Positions 11,165 to 22,472 are shown, counted from the stretch's first letter. The stretch: 64,000 bases of DNA from an uncultured delta proteobacterium (GCA_963767925.1 CAVYGB010000008.1:1472001-1536000), one strand, 5' to 3'. The notes: generated by a model from the sequence alone, not told the origin. Numbers and translations: made by a program.

Positions 11165-12711
11165 ATGAGCAAAGTCGACGACCTCCGCGCTCTGGCCGAG
11201 AAGATCCGCCAGGGCGGGGCGCCCAAGTACCACGCCAGCAACGCCGCCGCCGGTAAGAAGTTCTGCCGCGAGCGCATCGCCCTGCTGTGCGACGACGGCG
11301 GGCGCGACTTCGTCGAGGACGGCCTGCTCGCCAACGCCACTGGCCGGCGATCTGCCCGCCGACGGCGTGGTGACCGGCATCGGCCGGGTGCACGGCCGGC
11401 CGGTGGCCATCATGGCCAACGACTCGACGGTGAAGGCCGGCTCGTGGGGCGCGCGCACGGTCGAGAAGATCATCCGCATCCAGGAGACCGCCGGCGCGCC
11501 TGCGCATCCCGCTTGTTCTACCTGGTCGACTCGGCCGGCGCGCGCATCACCGATCAGATCGACATGTTCCCCGGGCGCCGCCACGCCGGGCGGATCTTCC
11601 GCAACCAGGTGCGCCTGTCGGGCGCCATCCCCCAGATCTGCCTGCTGTTCGGCCCCTCGGCCGCCGGCGGGGCCTACATCCCGGCCTTCTGCGACGTGGT
11701 CTTCATGGTCGAGGGGAACGCCTCGATGTACCTGGGCTCGCCCCGCATGGCCGAGATGGTGATCGGCGAGAAGGTCACGCTCGAGGAGATGGGCGGCGCG
11801 CGCATGCACTGCGAGGTCTCGGGCTGCGGCGACTTTCTGATGAAGGACGAAGCGAGCTGCCTGGAGGCGGCCCGCGCCTACCTGGCGTACCTGCCCCAGA
11901 ACGGCGCGGAGGCGCCGCCCGCCGCCGCCGCCCGGCCGCCCGCCCGCGGGCGGCCGCCGCATCGACGAGATCCTGCCGCCCAAGGAGAACCAGGCCTTCG
12001 ACATGCACGAGCTGATCGACGCACGGTCTGCGACGAGGGGAGCTTCTTCGAGATCAAGCGGCTCTTCGCCCGCGAGATCATCACCGGCTTCGCCCGCGTC
12101 GGGCGGACGGGCCGTCGGCATCGTGGCCAACCAGCCCAAGTGGAAGGGCGGGGTGCTGTTCGTCGACTCGGCCGACAAGGCGGCGCGCTTCGTCTGGCTG
12201 TGCGACGCCTTCAACATCCCGCTGCTGTTCTTCGCCGACGTGCCGGGCTTCATGATCGGCAAGGCGGTCGAGCGCCAGGGCATCATCCGCCACGGGGCCA
12301 AGATGATCTCCGCGATGGCCGACGCCACCGTGCCCAAGATCTCGCGTCATCGTGCGCAAGGCCTACGGGGCGGGCCTCTACGCCATGTGTGGACCGGCCT
12401 TCGACGCCGACGCCACCCTGGCGCTGCCCCAGGCCATGATCGCGGTGATGGGGGCGGAGGCCGCCGTGAACGCCGTGTTCGCCAACAAGATCGCCGCCCG
12501 GCCCGAGGCGGAGCGAGCGGCCTACGTCGAGGAGCTGCGCGACCCAGTACCGCGACGACATCGACATCGCTCAAGCTGGCCGCCAACCTGCACGTCGACG
12601 CCGTGGTGCCCGGGCGACGACCTGCGCGGCGAGCTCGATCGGCGGCTCTCGACCCTCTCGACAAAGGTCGATCCGGGCTACCCGCGCCGGCGGGCCGTCG
12701 TGCCGGTGTAG
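11165..12711 (+). CDS. Acyl-CoA carboxylase carboxyltransferase (beta) subunit, methylcrotonyl-CoA carboxylase-like; several frameshifts
   Basis: [49 protein letters not shown] and [11 protein letters not shown], found across frames. Confidence 0.85.
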
Positions 12712-12716
12712 CCCCG

Positions 12717-13943
12717 GTGCCCGGGACCGGTCTGATCTGCATCTCGGCGTCCGAGGCCCGCCGCCGGCTGGCCGGCTGGGTGCCCCGCCTGGGCACCGAG
12801 GTGGTTGACCTGGCCGAAGCCGTCGGGCGCGTGCTGGCGGCCCCGCTGCGGGCGCCCGAGCCGGTCCCGGCCTTCCCCCGGGTTGCGATGGACGGGTTCG
12901 CCGTGCGGGCGGCCGACCTGGCGGGCGCCGACCCCGGCGCGCCGGTGACCCTGCGGCTGACCGGCCGGGTGGCGATGGGGGAGCAGCCGGTGGCCCGGGT
13001 CGGCCCCGGCGAGGCGATGGCCGTCTCCACCGGGGCCCACCTGCCTCCGGGGGCCGACGCCGTGGTCATGCTGGAGGAGGCCGCCACCGGACCGGCGGGC
13101 AGCGTGCAGGTGCTGCGCCCGGTCGCCTCCGGTCGCCACGTGGCGGCCGTCGGGGAGGAGCTCGCCGCCGGCAGCCTGGTGATCCCGGACGGGCGGCGGA
13201 TCCGGGCGGGCGAGGTGGCGGCGCTCGCCGCCTTCGGGGTGGTGCAGGTCCCGGTCTTCCGGCGCGCGCGGGTGGCCATCCTGTCGACCGGATCGGAGCT
13301 CCGCCCTGCCGAGCAGGTCCCCACCGGCGGCCAGGTCCGCGACATCAACCAGCCGGCGCTGGCCGCCGCAGTGCAAGCGCTGGGGGCCCGGACCACCCAC
13401 GCCGGCATCGTGCCCGAAGATCCCCAGGCCCTGGCGCAGGCGCTGGCGCGCCTGGCGCCCGAACACGACCTGGTGCTCGTGTCGGGGGGCACCTCGGTGG
13501 GCCCGCGCGACTTCACGGGCGAGGCGGTCGCCCACCTCGGCGCCGAGCTGCTGTTCCACGGGCTCGAGGTGCGACCGGGGCGCCCGACCCTGGCGGCCCG
13601 CCTGGGTGGCAGCGCCCTGTTCGGACTGCCCGGGGTGCCAGCCGCCGCGCTGACCATTTTCCAGGTCTTCGTCGACCCCGCCCTGCGCGCCCTGCAGGGA
13701 GAGGCGCCCGCCCCCGCGCCGACCCGGACCGCCTGGCTGGAGGCGCCCGTGGCCTCCCGCCGGGGACGCGAGGACTATCTTCGCGTGCGCCTGACCGGGT
13801 CCGGCGCGGAGACCCGGGCCGCGGTCATCACCGGCCCCACCTCGCTGGCGTCGCTGCTGCGCTCTGACGGCCTGGTGGTGGTCCCCGAGGAGGTGGAGAC
13901 GCTGGCCGGCGGCACGGCGGTCGAGGTCTACCTGTCCGGTTGA
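12717..13943 (+). CDS. moeA: Molybdopterin molybdotransferase MoeA
   Basis: [49 protein letters not shown] and GLPG. Start GTG 12717 is inferred. Confidence 0.9.
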   Translation: MPGTGLICISASEARRRLAGWVPRLGTEVVDLAEAVGRVLAAPLRAPEPVPAFPRVAMDGFAVRAADLAGADPGAPVTLRLTGRVAMGEQPVARVGPGEAMAVSTGAHLPPGADAVVMLEEAATGPAGSVQVLRPVASGRHVAAVGEELAAGSLVIPDGRRIRAGEVAALAAFGVVQVPVFRRARVAILSTGSELRPAEQVPTGGQVRDINQPALAAAVQALGARTTHAGIVPEDPQALAQALARLAPEHDLVLVSGGTSVGPRDFTGEAVAHLGAELLFHGLEVRPGRPTLAARLGGSALFGLPGVPAAALTIFQVFVDPALRALQGEAPAPAPTRTAWLEAPVASRRGREDYLRVRLTGSGAETRAAVITGPTSLASLLRSDGLVVVPEEVETLAGGTAVEVYLSG

Positions 13944-13953
13944 TCGCCGCCCG

Positions 13954-15039
13954 TCACCCGTTCCCGCACTGCCCGCGCTGGCGCAGGAAGTGGTCGGCCA
14001 GCACCAGCGCCATCATGGCCTCCACCATGGGCACCGCCCGGGGCAGCACACAGGGATCGTGGCGGCCGCGGGGCTTGAGGGTCGTCTCGCGGCCCTCCAT
14101 GTCCACCGTCGGTTGCTCGCGGAGGATCGTCGCGGTCGGCTTGAACGCTGCCCGGACGACGATGTCCTCGCCGTTGGAGATCCCGCCCTGGATGCCGCCC
14201 GACCGGTTGGTCCGGGTGCGGATCTTGGCGGCCTGATTGTAGAAGTGATCGTTGTGCTCCGAGCCGCGCAGGAAGGTGCCGGCGAAGCCGCTGCCGCTCT
14301 CGAACCCCTTGCAGGCCGGCAGCGACAGCATCGCCTTGCCCAGGTCGGCCTCCAGCTTGTCGAACACCGGCTCGCCCAGCCCCACCGGAACGCCCCGGGC
14401 GACCGCCTCGACCACGCCGCCGAGCGAGTCGCCTTCCTTGCGGGCCCCATCGATGAGGGCGATCATCTGCTCGGCCACGGCGCCGTCGGGGCAGCGGACG
14501 ATGTTGCTCTCCACCTCCGCGCGCGCGACCAGCGCCGGGTCGACGGCGGCCTCGACCTGGGCGACCCGCTTGACCCAGGCGACGATCTCGACCCCCGCCA
14601 GCGTCGCCAGCAGCTTGCGGGCGATCGCCCCCGCCGCCACCCGCCCCACCGTCTCGCGGGCGCTGGCCCGGCCGCCCCCCTCCCAGGCGCGGATGCCGAA
14701 CTTGGCCTGGTAGGTGTAGTCGGCGTGGGAGGGGCGGTATTTGGTCCGCATCTCGTCGTAGTCCCCCGAGCGCTGGTCGGCGTTGCGGACCAGCAGCGCG
14801 ATGGGCGTCCCCTGCGTCTTGCCGTCGATCACCCCGGACAGGATCTCGACCTCGTCGGCCTCCTTCCGCTGGGTCGTGATACGGCTCTGCCCGGGCCGCC
14901 GCCGGTCGAGCTCCACCTGGATCTCCTCCCGGGAGACCTCCAGACGCGGCGGGCAGCCATCGATCACCACGCCCACCCCGGGACCGTGCGACTCCCCGAA
15001 TGTCGTTATGCGAAATAGAACCCCGAACGAGCTCGACAC
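13954..15039 (-). CDS. aroC: Chorismate synthase
   Basis: [38 protein letters not shown] and GRHDPC. Confidence 0.97.
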   Translation of the reverse strand: MSSSFGVLFRITTFGESHGPGVGVVIDGCPPRLEVSREEIQVELDRRRPGQSRITTQRKEADEVEILSGVIDGKTQGTPIALLVRNADQRSGDYDEMRTKYRPSHADYTYQAKFGIRAWEGGGRASARETVGRVAAGAIARKLLATLAGVEIVAWVKRVAQVEAAVDPALVARAEVESNIVRCPDGAVAEQMIALIDGARKEGDSLGGVVEAVARGVPVGLGEPVFDKLEADLGKAMLSLPACKGFESGSGFAGTFLRGSEHNDHFYNQAAKIRTRTNRSGGIQGGISNGEDIVVRAAFKPTATILREQPTVDMEGRETTLKPRGRHDPCVLPRAVPMVEAMMALVLADHFLRQRGQCGNG

Positions 15040-15045
15040 CCGCCC

Positions 15046-15054
15046 AGGCTACCA
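15046..15054 (-). promoter_or_regulatory. Extended -10 box (TGG-TAGCCT) 6 nt before the aroC start
   Basis: Minus strand TGG TAGCCT GGGCGG GTG, with no room for an SD. Confidence 0.55.
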
Positions 15055-15242
15055 CAGGCGCCTGAGCCCCCGCGCAGGGCGGCATGGCACTCCAGGCCGG
15101 GCCTCACCTCCGCGAAAACGCTGGGCTCCTGGACGTTCCCCGGGCCATGGCCCGTTTCGCTCCAATTGGCGAACACTGTAGGGCATGTCTGGACTTGTGC
15201 GCTTTCAGCTACGATTATGACCCGGCCCCGGAGGCGAAAACG

Positions 15243-16591
15243 ATGCGCAGACTGACCTTCACCGTGCTCCTCATGACCCTCGGCTGCTCCAGCGGCTCGG
15301 ACAACGGTACCCCTGGCACCGGCGGCGCCGGCGGCCAGGCCCCCACCGCCGGCAGCGGCGGGCGCGGCGGCAGCGCCCCCTCCGGCAGCGGCGGCTCGAC
15401 GGCGGGCACCGGCGGCGCGGCCACCGGCGGCAGCGCCGGCTCCGCCGCCGGCAGCAGCGGAACCGGCGGCGCAGCCGGCTCCCCCGGCACCGGCGGCACC
15501 CCCGTCCCCCCCGCGACGGCGGCCCCCCCCGCACCCCCGACGCCGCCCCCCGCGCTGACGGCGGCCGCGCTGACACGGGCAACACGTCGCCCGCGACCAA
15601 CCCCTTCGTTTACGTCAGCACGGGCAACTTCGGGGGCAACCACCTCAACATCTATCAGCTCGACTTGCAGACCGGCGCCCTGACGGCGAGGGGCATGGCC
15701 GCGACGGGAGCCGGGCCCACCTACGGCGCCTTCCATCCCAACGGCACGTCGATGTACGTGCTCAACGAGAGCGGCTCGCGCATCGAAGCCTTCAGCATCA
15801 ACCGCGGCACGGGCGCCCTCACCAAGCTGAACGACGCCTCGAGCGGCGGCAGCGGCCCGGCGCACCTCTCGGTCCACAAGAGCGGGAAATGGGTGCTCTC
15901 CTCGAATTACGGCAGCGGCCATGCGGCCGCCCTGCCCATCATGGCCGACGGTCGGGTGGGCGCTCCGGTGATGCCCCGGGTCGCGGGCGCCGAGGCACAC
16001 ATGATCGTCGACGACGGGATCACCGGAAAGTTCGTGTTCGTCCCCTCGAAGGGCACCAACCGCATCCTCCAGTACCGGTTCGACGAGATGACGGGCCAGC
16101 TCACGCCCAACACGCCCGCCTTCGTCGCCCAGGCCGGTCAGCCCAGACACATGACCTTCCACCGGAACGGGCTCTCCGCCTACCTGCTGACCGAGGGCGG
16201 CCGAACCATCGTTTCTTACAAGTACGACTCGATGACCGGCCTGCTGAGCGACGGGCAGTCGATCGCGGCCGCGCCGGGCGGCAATGGTGCGCACATCGCC
16301 GTGCACCCCACCAAGGAGTTCCTGTACGCGTCCATCCGCGGGGACAACAGCATCGGGATCTTCGCCATCGGCGCGGAAGGCCGCCTGACCCTGGTCACCC
16401 ATGTCCGCGACGGCGTCTCGAACCCCTGGGACTTCGCCTTCGACCCCTCCGGCAACTTCTTGCTGGTCGCCAACGACGGCAACAGCACGGTCCGGGTCTT
16501 CCGCGTCGACCAAGCCACCGGCCGCCTCACCTCGGTAGGCAGCGGAGCAAACATCGGATCCCAGCCGCACTTCGTCGGCGTCCTCCCCTGA
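15243..16591 (+). CDS. Lactonase-family (6-phosphogluconolactonase-like) beta-propeller lipoprotein with a Gly/Ser/Thr linker; frameshift in the C7 tract at 15506-15512
   Basis: GGAGG SD, lipobox MTLGC, and propeller motifs GPAHLSV..SSNYGSG, QPRHMTFH and NPWDFAFDPSG. One extra C joins the two ORFs. Confidence 0.8.
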
Positions 16592-16598
16592 ATCGAAA

Positions 16599-16613
16599 AG
16601 GGGCGTCGCCCCT
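16599..16613. terminator. Short GC hairpin after the lactonase gene
   Basis: AGGGGCG-T-CGCCCCT inverted repeat preceded by an A run, which is a U-tract on the minus strand. Confidence 0.3.
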
Positions 16614-17024
16614 GCCGTCAATGGGCGGGGTCGACGGTGGACAAGGAACGTGATTTCGGGGTCGGTGAGTCGCTCAGGTCGAAGAAGCCCGACTCCGCTG
16701 AGCCGGAGTTGTCTCGCGACGACCTACTACGAGGGGCAGTGATCCGATAGTCCGCGTGCCGTTGGATGGTCTGGGGGGCCCTGCCAGGCACCGGGTTGGG
16801 CGGTCCGCTCCTCAGCTGTGTCGGGGAGCCGTGCGCGCGAGACTGAGCGAACGCGAAGCCAGTCCCGCAGGAGATCCCGGAAGATCCCCTAGGTCAGAAA
16901 GCCTCGCGGCGGGCGCCAACGCCTGTACGCGATCTCACACTGTTACGCGATGCAGACAAAGATCTTGCAGCATCTCGCCGCGTGTTGTTAGACATGTTCC
17001 AACTCACGCGGGGCAAGAATATCC

Positions 17025-19106
17025 ATGAGTAGCCGCACCTGAACTCGTAGCTCAGCTTCGCCTATCACGGCGTCTCGTCTCCTTGCGCTTCTCGCCAGCA
17101 TCGCTATGGCCGCCTGTGATCAGCCGAATCGGTATGATCCTACGTTGCATGGTTTTCAGCCAATGGTTGTCGACGGAAGTACGTCAGATGGACCAGGCCG
17201 GGGCAGCGTTGGTGCAGGCTCGACTCCAGCGACAGACGGTCCCGAGCCGGATCCTTCGTTGGGTTCGTCCAATTGTTCTACCGGCTTCCATGTCTGCAGC
17301 AGCTCGTGCGTTGAAAACAGATCACCAGAGAACTGCGGAACCTCCTGCGAGGCCTGTCCAGCCATCGGCGGAGGGGTTGCTACATGCGACGGGTTTCGCT
17401 GTGGAGTGGCTTGTCCAAGTGGCCAAAAACCGTGTCTCGATCGCTGCGTGCCCGAAGGCGACGTTTGCGACGGTGCTTGCCCAGATGGAAAGAACTCATG
17501 TGGCGGTGTTTGCGTAGAGGCAACAAGCTTGAGTGCGTGCGGCTCCTCTTGCTCCCCTTGTCCCGCATCACCAGACGGGGTGAGCAGTTGCGATGGGGAC
17601 AGGTGCACACTGACGTGCAATCCCCGGTTTCATCGATGTGGCGACGCGTGCCTTAGCGACAACAACGTCACCACCTGCGGGAACTCGTGTGCACCCTGTC
17701 CTGTACCGGCCGGAGGTCGGGCCACCTGCGATGGCACGAAGTGTGGCGCAGAGTGCCCTGAGGGTTCGATCCTATGTGCCGGCGCCTGCATCCCAAGCAA
17801 CCAAGCCTGCAATGGAGTCTGCCCTTCGGGCCAAAGACAATGCTCCGGAATGTGCGTCCCCACTGACGATGTAAACTTCTGCGGCTCCTCCTGTCTCCCC
17901 TGCCCGACGAAAGACAACTCGGACGCCAAATGCCAGGGCGGAACGTGCACCTATTCCTGCCGAGCGGGGTATCACAAGTGCGGAGATCTCTGTCGGGACG
18001 ATCGCAGCGTTGAAACCTGCGGGAGCCGCTGTGAGCGCTGTCCCTCTCCCACGAACTCGACGCCGAGTTGCAACGGGTCATCTTGCAGCTTCACGTGTAA
18101 TCCCGGAACCCATCAATGCGGCGACGCCTGTGTTGCCCGGACTCAATCTTGCAAGGGCGCCTGTCCAGCCGGACTTCGCGTCTGTGGAGCCGCTTGCGTC
18201 GACGGCAATTGCTGCAACGACGGGGATTGTGGGGCTTGTAAGACCTGCCAGAGTAGCCGCTGTGTGAGTACCGGCAACGGTCAGCCCGGCCCTAGCTGCT
18301 CAGGGGGTACCTGTGCGGGCGACAACCTGACCCGAAGGGTGTGCCAGCAAGGTGAATGCAGAGAGAGCAACACCAGCTGCAGCGGCTTCGGCTGCGACGG
18401 AAGCTCTGCCTGTCGAACAAGCTGCGGCCCAAACACCTTTCGTCGTGGGAACGCATGTGTCTCCTGTGGCGGCAATTCCGGGCGCTGCTGTCCTGGAGAC
18501 ACAAGAGACTGCTCAAATAACTGTGGCGACAGAGGCACCGCACGTTGCAACAACGAAGGAGCCTTCGACATGAGCGGTTGTCCCGCGAATCGGTCACCTG
18601 GCCAGACAGACAGGAGCGCCTGCGGATCTACCTGCGCAAGATGCGGCGGGAATGACGAGTGCCGAGGCGGACGCTGCCAACCACCTTGTGGGGCCAACGG
18701 TGATCAGTGCTGCCCAGGGAACACGTGCAACGGTTCCAATCTGTTCTGTGACGGCAGAAGCTGCGTCCAGAAGCTAGGTCGCGGCAGACCATGCGGTAGC
18801 AACAACAATTGTCAATCTGGGAAATGTGGAGCCGTCACAGGAGAAGGTGTCTGCTGCGACAGTTGCAGAGACGGCGACGTTTGCAGCAGCGACGGAACCT
18901 GTCGCGGCGGCCCTGGGAAATCGTGCAACCCTCAGGGGTCTAACACCTGCCTCTCTGGCTTTTGCGAACCAGCGGGAACCGGCACGTGCCAGGATGTCAA
19001 CGGAAATCGAATCACGTGCAACCCGAACACGAGTCAAGAAGAAGAATGCATCGTTCCCTTCCATGAATGTCCGGTGACCCAGGGTAGGTGCTCAGAGCCC
19101 TTCTAA
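17025..19106 (+). CDS. Very Cys-rich repeat lipoprotein of atypical lower-GC composition; in-frame TGA at 17040-17042 lies before the signal peptide, so possibly a pseudogene
   Basis: ORF 17106..19106 is about 1/6 Cys. The upstream in-frame sequence encodes SRLLALLASIAMAA-C and an ATG at 17025. Confidence 0.7.
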
Positions 19107-19115
19107 GCATCGGGG

Positions 19116-22100
19116 TCAAGGCGCGGGGGTGAGGGCGCGGGCGGGGAGGGTTAGTTTGGGTTCGGAGGGGCTCGACCAGGAGAGGCGGATGAGGGCGCCG
19201 CCGCTGCTGTCGTAGTACTCGAGGCGGAGCGAGACCGGCACCCCGGCGGTGAGGGCGATGGTGCCGCTGTTTTCGGTCGATCCGTGGTTGGTCCAGTTGT
19301 TGACGAGCTGGACGTCGTTGACCCAGAGGCGCACGCCGTCGTCCGACTGCGTGTAGAAGGTGTAGGTCGCGCTGAAGGCGGGGGTGACCTGGCCGGTCCA
19401 GCGGATCTGGAACCCGTCGGCGGGGACGCCGGAGGCGGGGGCGGCGGTGCCGAAGTCGAAGGCCACCACCCGGTCGGTGCGGGTGAGGACCAGGTCGGAG
19501 GCGTTGAAGGTGCGGGCGTCGAAGTATTCGCCCTTCAGGCCGCAGGTCCGGCTGGCGCAGGCGAGCTGGTCGAGCAGGGCCGAGTGGCGCTCGTCCCCGA
19601 AGGCGAGCATGTTGGACTTCTCCGCGTCGAAGTTGCACAGGTTGGTGACCGGCGAGGCGTTCCAGTCTGCCTGGTTGAAGCCGGAGGCGGCCACCTCGAC
19701 GATCGGCTTGAAGCGCTGGGGCGAAAGGACGCCCCGCTTGGGGTCGCTGCTGGCCGGGTCGTAGGAGGCCAAATACTGCAGGCGGGTCATCAGCTCGGTC
19801 CGGTAGGTGCGGATGAAGGCGTCCTTGATCCGGTTCCAGTCGCCGTTCCGGTTGTCGGGATCGCCCCGCTCGCCGAAGAAGAACGTCTTGCGGGCGTTCC
19901 AGCCGAAGTTCTCGCCGAACTCGCGGTCGAGGTCCCAGGGGACGAAGGACCACTTGCCGGCCGCGTCCTTGTACAGGAAGTGGTTGTGGAAGATGTCGTC
20001 CCAGGGCTCGGACCAGTTCCGGATGGCGATGTAGTTCAACATCGCCTCGATGTCGAAGTTCTGCTCGACGAAGGCCCGGACCGGGACGAGGTTGTCGTTG
20101 CCCGAGTTGGTGTCGTGGAGGTTGCCGGCGACCCGGGCCGCGTCGAGCCCGGAGATGAGGGTGGCGATCTCCGAGGCGTCTTTCCAGTCCCAGGTCTTCC
20201 GCTCGTAGCTGTAGTTGTAGCGGTCGAGTGGCTGGAAGCTGGGGGTGCGTCCGGAGCAGCTCACGCCCAGCGGCTGGCCGTCGGCCCGGCCCCAGGGGCC
20301 CTCCTGCACGCCGGAGTTGCCCGAGGCCTTGAACAGGTCCCCGACCCGCACCCCGGGCAGGGTGGTTCGCCGGAGCAGATCCTCGTCCGGGACCTCGATG
20401 TCGAGGGCGTAGTCGTAGTACCCGCCGTTGACGTACAGGCGCCGGTACCGCACGCGGCTCGACGGTAGCCCGGCCGCGGCGTAGATGTGCTCGCCGACGG
20501 CGGCGTCGAGGCCGGGACAGCTCTGGTTGAGCTTGTTGAGGATCAGGGGATCGCGCCGGCCCTCGAAGCGGGCGTAACGCGGGAAGCTGACGTTCCAGCT
20601 CAGCGCGCGCAGCACCTGGGTGCTGTCGCTGGTCGAGCGGGCCATCATCGGGTTGGGCAGCGGGCTGATCGCCGTGCGGGCCAGGTCGATCTCGCTGCCC
20701 ACCGGGCGGTTCCAGCGGCTCCCCTGGTAGCGGACGCGCACGTCGTAGACCTGACCGTCGGACACGAAGACGGCAGGCACCCGCCCGTCCCAGGTCGAGC
20801 GGATCTGGCAGCGCACCGTCGAGCCCCCCATCGTCTCGGGGACGACGCGCCGGTCGTCGGCGCTCGCGATGTTGACGTTGGTCCAGAGATCGCCCCAGTC
20901 ACGGGCCTTGACGAAGAGCTGGTAGGGCGGCTGGGCGGCGGCGACGGCCGGGCTCACGAAGTAGCCGTGGTGCCGGAAGGGATCGCTCGGGCGGGGCGAG
21001 ATGACCTGCAGCCCGGCGCCGAGATCGGCCAGCACCCGGTAGCGGACGACGCTGTTGTCCGACTGCGCGGGCAGCCGGGCCTCGTACTGGTCTCCCACCA
21101 GGGACATCGTGACGGCGGTGGCGGTCTCGTCGGTCCGCTCGAGGTTGTCGACGAAGTACTCCAGGCGGACCTGCCCCAGCGACCCGTGGGCCGACAATCC
21201 CGCCCGGACCAGCACCTCGTCGGTCCGGCGGATCAGCGCGGTGCCGCTGACCGCCCCCGCGGTCAACGACTGGACGATGCGGGAGGGCGTGCCGGTTGTC
21301 GGATTGGGCTCTCCCGGGGTGGGGCCGTCGACGGGGGAGGGGACCCAGTTCGAGACCTCGTCGGTCGGCAGGTCGTACGACACCCGGGCCAGCGAGACGC
21401 CCCGGTGCCGGTGCGACTCCAGCGGGAGGAGCTCGGGGGCCAGCCAGGTCTCACCGGCGCCGAGGGCGTCGGCTGCCACCGGCCAGGGGAAGCGGTCGTC
21501 GTAGCGGAGGGCGTCCACAGTGGCCCCGGCGGCGTTCTGGAGGAGCACCAGGCCGCCCGAGTTGTCGAGCTCCCCGGCGTAGTTGCCGTGCAGGTCCGAC
21601 AGCTGGAGGCCGTAGGCCGGGACCGCCGCCAGCGCGTCCCGATTCTTGGCGACGACGAGGAAGCCCAGGGCGGAGATGCGCGAGCCGGCGGGGAAGGTGT
21701 AGGTGACCTCGCCGGCCAGCTTCCAGCCGGACAGGTCCAGCTCGAAGTCGGCCCGGTTGTGCAGCTCGATGAACTCGTGCTGGTCCTCGTAGTCCTCTTC
21801 CAGCACGGGGTGGTACATCAGCTCCGAGAAGACCACCGCCGGGGTGGGCGGCGCCCGATCGGGCGTGGTGTCCGGCATCGTGTCGAACGGTCGGTCCGGG
21901 GAGGTGTCCGGGGTCGTGTCGAACGGTCGGTCCGCCGGCATGGTGTCCGCCGGCATGGTGTCCACCGGCATGGTGTCCGCCGGCGTGGTGTCCGCCGGCG
22001 TGGTGTCCACCGGGGCGTCGGGCAGGGGCGCGGAGGTGTCCGGCCCCAGGTCGGGCGGCACGTCCGGGGGCGCGTCGGGGTCGCCGGCCGCCGTGTCGGG

Positions 22101-22472
22101 GTCGGCTCCCGGTCCGTCCGGCAGCGGCCCAGGTAGGTCCATCTCCCCCCCGGTATCCGAACCCAATTGTCCGTCATCCCCCGTATCCGTCGCCGGCGAG
22201 GCGTCGTCGCCCGTCGCCGCATCGGGCGCGTCAGCCGGGTCGCCCGCCTCGGCGGGCCCGTCCCCGACCCAGCCATCGCCGGGCGCGTCCTGGCCACCTG
22301 CGCCAGCCGAGCCGTCCATGCCACCGGCTCCCCCGGTGACCGGAGGACCGTCTACGGGCCGGATGCCGTCGATTATCCCTCCATTGAAGCAGGAGGCGAC
22401 GGTCGTCGCGATGGCCGACAGGAAAACGAGATGGCCGAAGCCTCGGGGACCAGGCGAACTCGATACGAACAC
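19116..22472 (-). CDS. Secreted lipoprotein: D/T/P-rich linker, lamin-tail domain, CotH-type kinase domain and C-terminal PA14 domain
   Basis: Lipobox VASC. LTD motifs VVFSELMYHP..EFIELHN..DLSGWKL. CotH-like motifs VRYQGS, LYVNG, HNHFLY and PWDLD. PA14 motifs GLKGEYF..FQIRWTG..SDDGVRLWVN. Confidence 0.8.
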   Translation of the reverse strand: MFVSSSPGPRGFGHLVFLSAIATTVASCFNGGIIDGIRPVDGPPVTGGAGGMDGSAGAGGQDAPGDGWVGDGPAEAGDPADAPDAATGDDASPATDTGDDGQLGSDTGGEMDLPGPLPDGPGADPDTAAGDPDAPPDVPPDLGPDTSAPLPDAPVDTTPADTTPADTMPVDTMPADTMPADRPFDTTPDTSPDRPFDTMPDTTPDRAPPTPAVVFSELMYHPVLEEDYEDQHEFIELHNRADFELDLSGWKLAGEVTYTFPAGSRISALGFLVVAKNRDALAAVPAYGLQLSDLHGNYAGELDNSGGLVLLQNAAGATVDALRYDDRFPWPVAADALGAGETWLAPELLPLESHRHRGVSLARVSYDLPTDEVSNWVPSPVDGPTPGEPNPTTGTPSRIVQSLTAGAVSGTALIRRTDEVLVRAGLSAHGSLGQVRLEYFVDNLERTDETATAVTMSLVGDQYEARLPAQSDNSVVRYRVLADLGAGLQVISPRPSDPFRHHGYFVSPAVAAAQPPYQLFVKARDWGDLWTNVNIASADDRRVVPETMGGSTVRCQIRSTWDGRVPAVFVSDGQVYDVRVRYQGSRWNRPVGSEIDLARTAISPLPNPMMARSTSDSTQVLRALSWNVSFPRYARFEGRRDPLILNKLNQSCPGLDAAVGEHIYAAAGLPSSRVRYRRLYVNGGYYDYALDIEVPDEDLLRRTTLPGVRVGDLFKASGNSGVQEGPWGRADGQPLGVSCSGRTPSFQPLDRYNYSYERKTWDWKDASEIATLISGLDAARVAGNLHDTNSGNDNLVPVRAFVEQNFDIEAMLNYIAIRNWSEPWDDIFHNHFLYKDAAGKWSFVPWDLDREFGENFGWNARKTFFFGERGDPDNRNGDWNRIKDAFIRTYRTELMTRLQYLASYDPASSDPKRGVLSPQRFKPIVEVAASGFNQADWNASPVTNLCNFDAEKSNMLAFGDERHSALLDQLACASRTCGLKGEYFDARTFNASDLVLTRTDRVVAFDFGTAAPASGVPADGFQIRWTGQVTPAFSATYTFYTQSDDGVRLWVNDVQLVNNWTNHGSTENSGTIALTAGVPVSLRLEYYDSSGGALIRLSWSSPSEPKLTLPARALTPAP
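21931..22013. repeat. Coding tandem repeat with a 15-nt unit, about 5.5 copies (P-A/V-D-T-T/M)
   Basis: TCC(G/A)CCGGC(A/G)TGGTG units at 21931, 21946, 21961, 21976 and 21991, partial at 22006. An adjacent 21-nt duplication lies at 21878 and 21914. Confidence 0.85.

Noticed and set aside
12003..13943. Carboxyltransferase-MoeA fusion ORF of 646 aa
   Set aside because: This is an artefact of frameshifts. The carboxyltransferase ends at TAG 12711 and moeA starts separately near 12717.
15506..15512. Phase variation at a poly-C tract in the lactonase gene
   Set aside because: A homopolymer indel is the typical long-read error and the window has many others. It cannot be distinguished without reads.
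16620..16870. IS remnant or ncRNA at the left edge of the low-GC islet
   Set aside because: I recognised no terminal inverted repeats, target duplication, transposase motif or known RNA fold.
17040..17042. Selenocysteine TGA
   Set aside because: It falls in a signal-peptide n-region rather than a redox motif, and I could not recognise a SECIS hairpin downstream.
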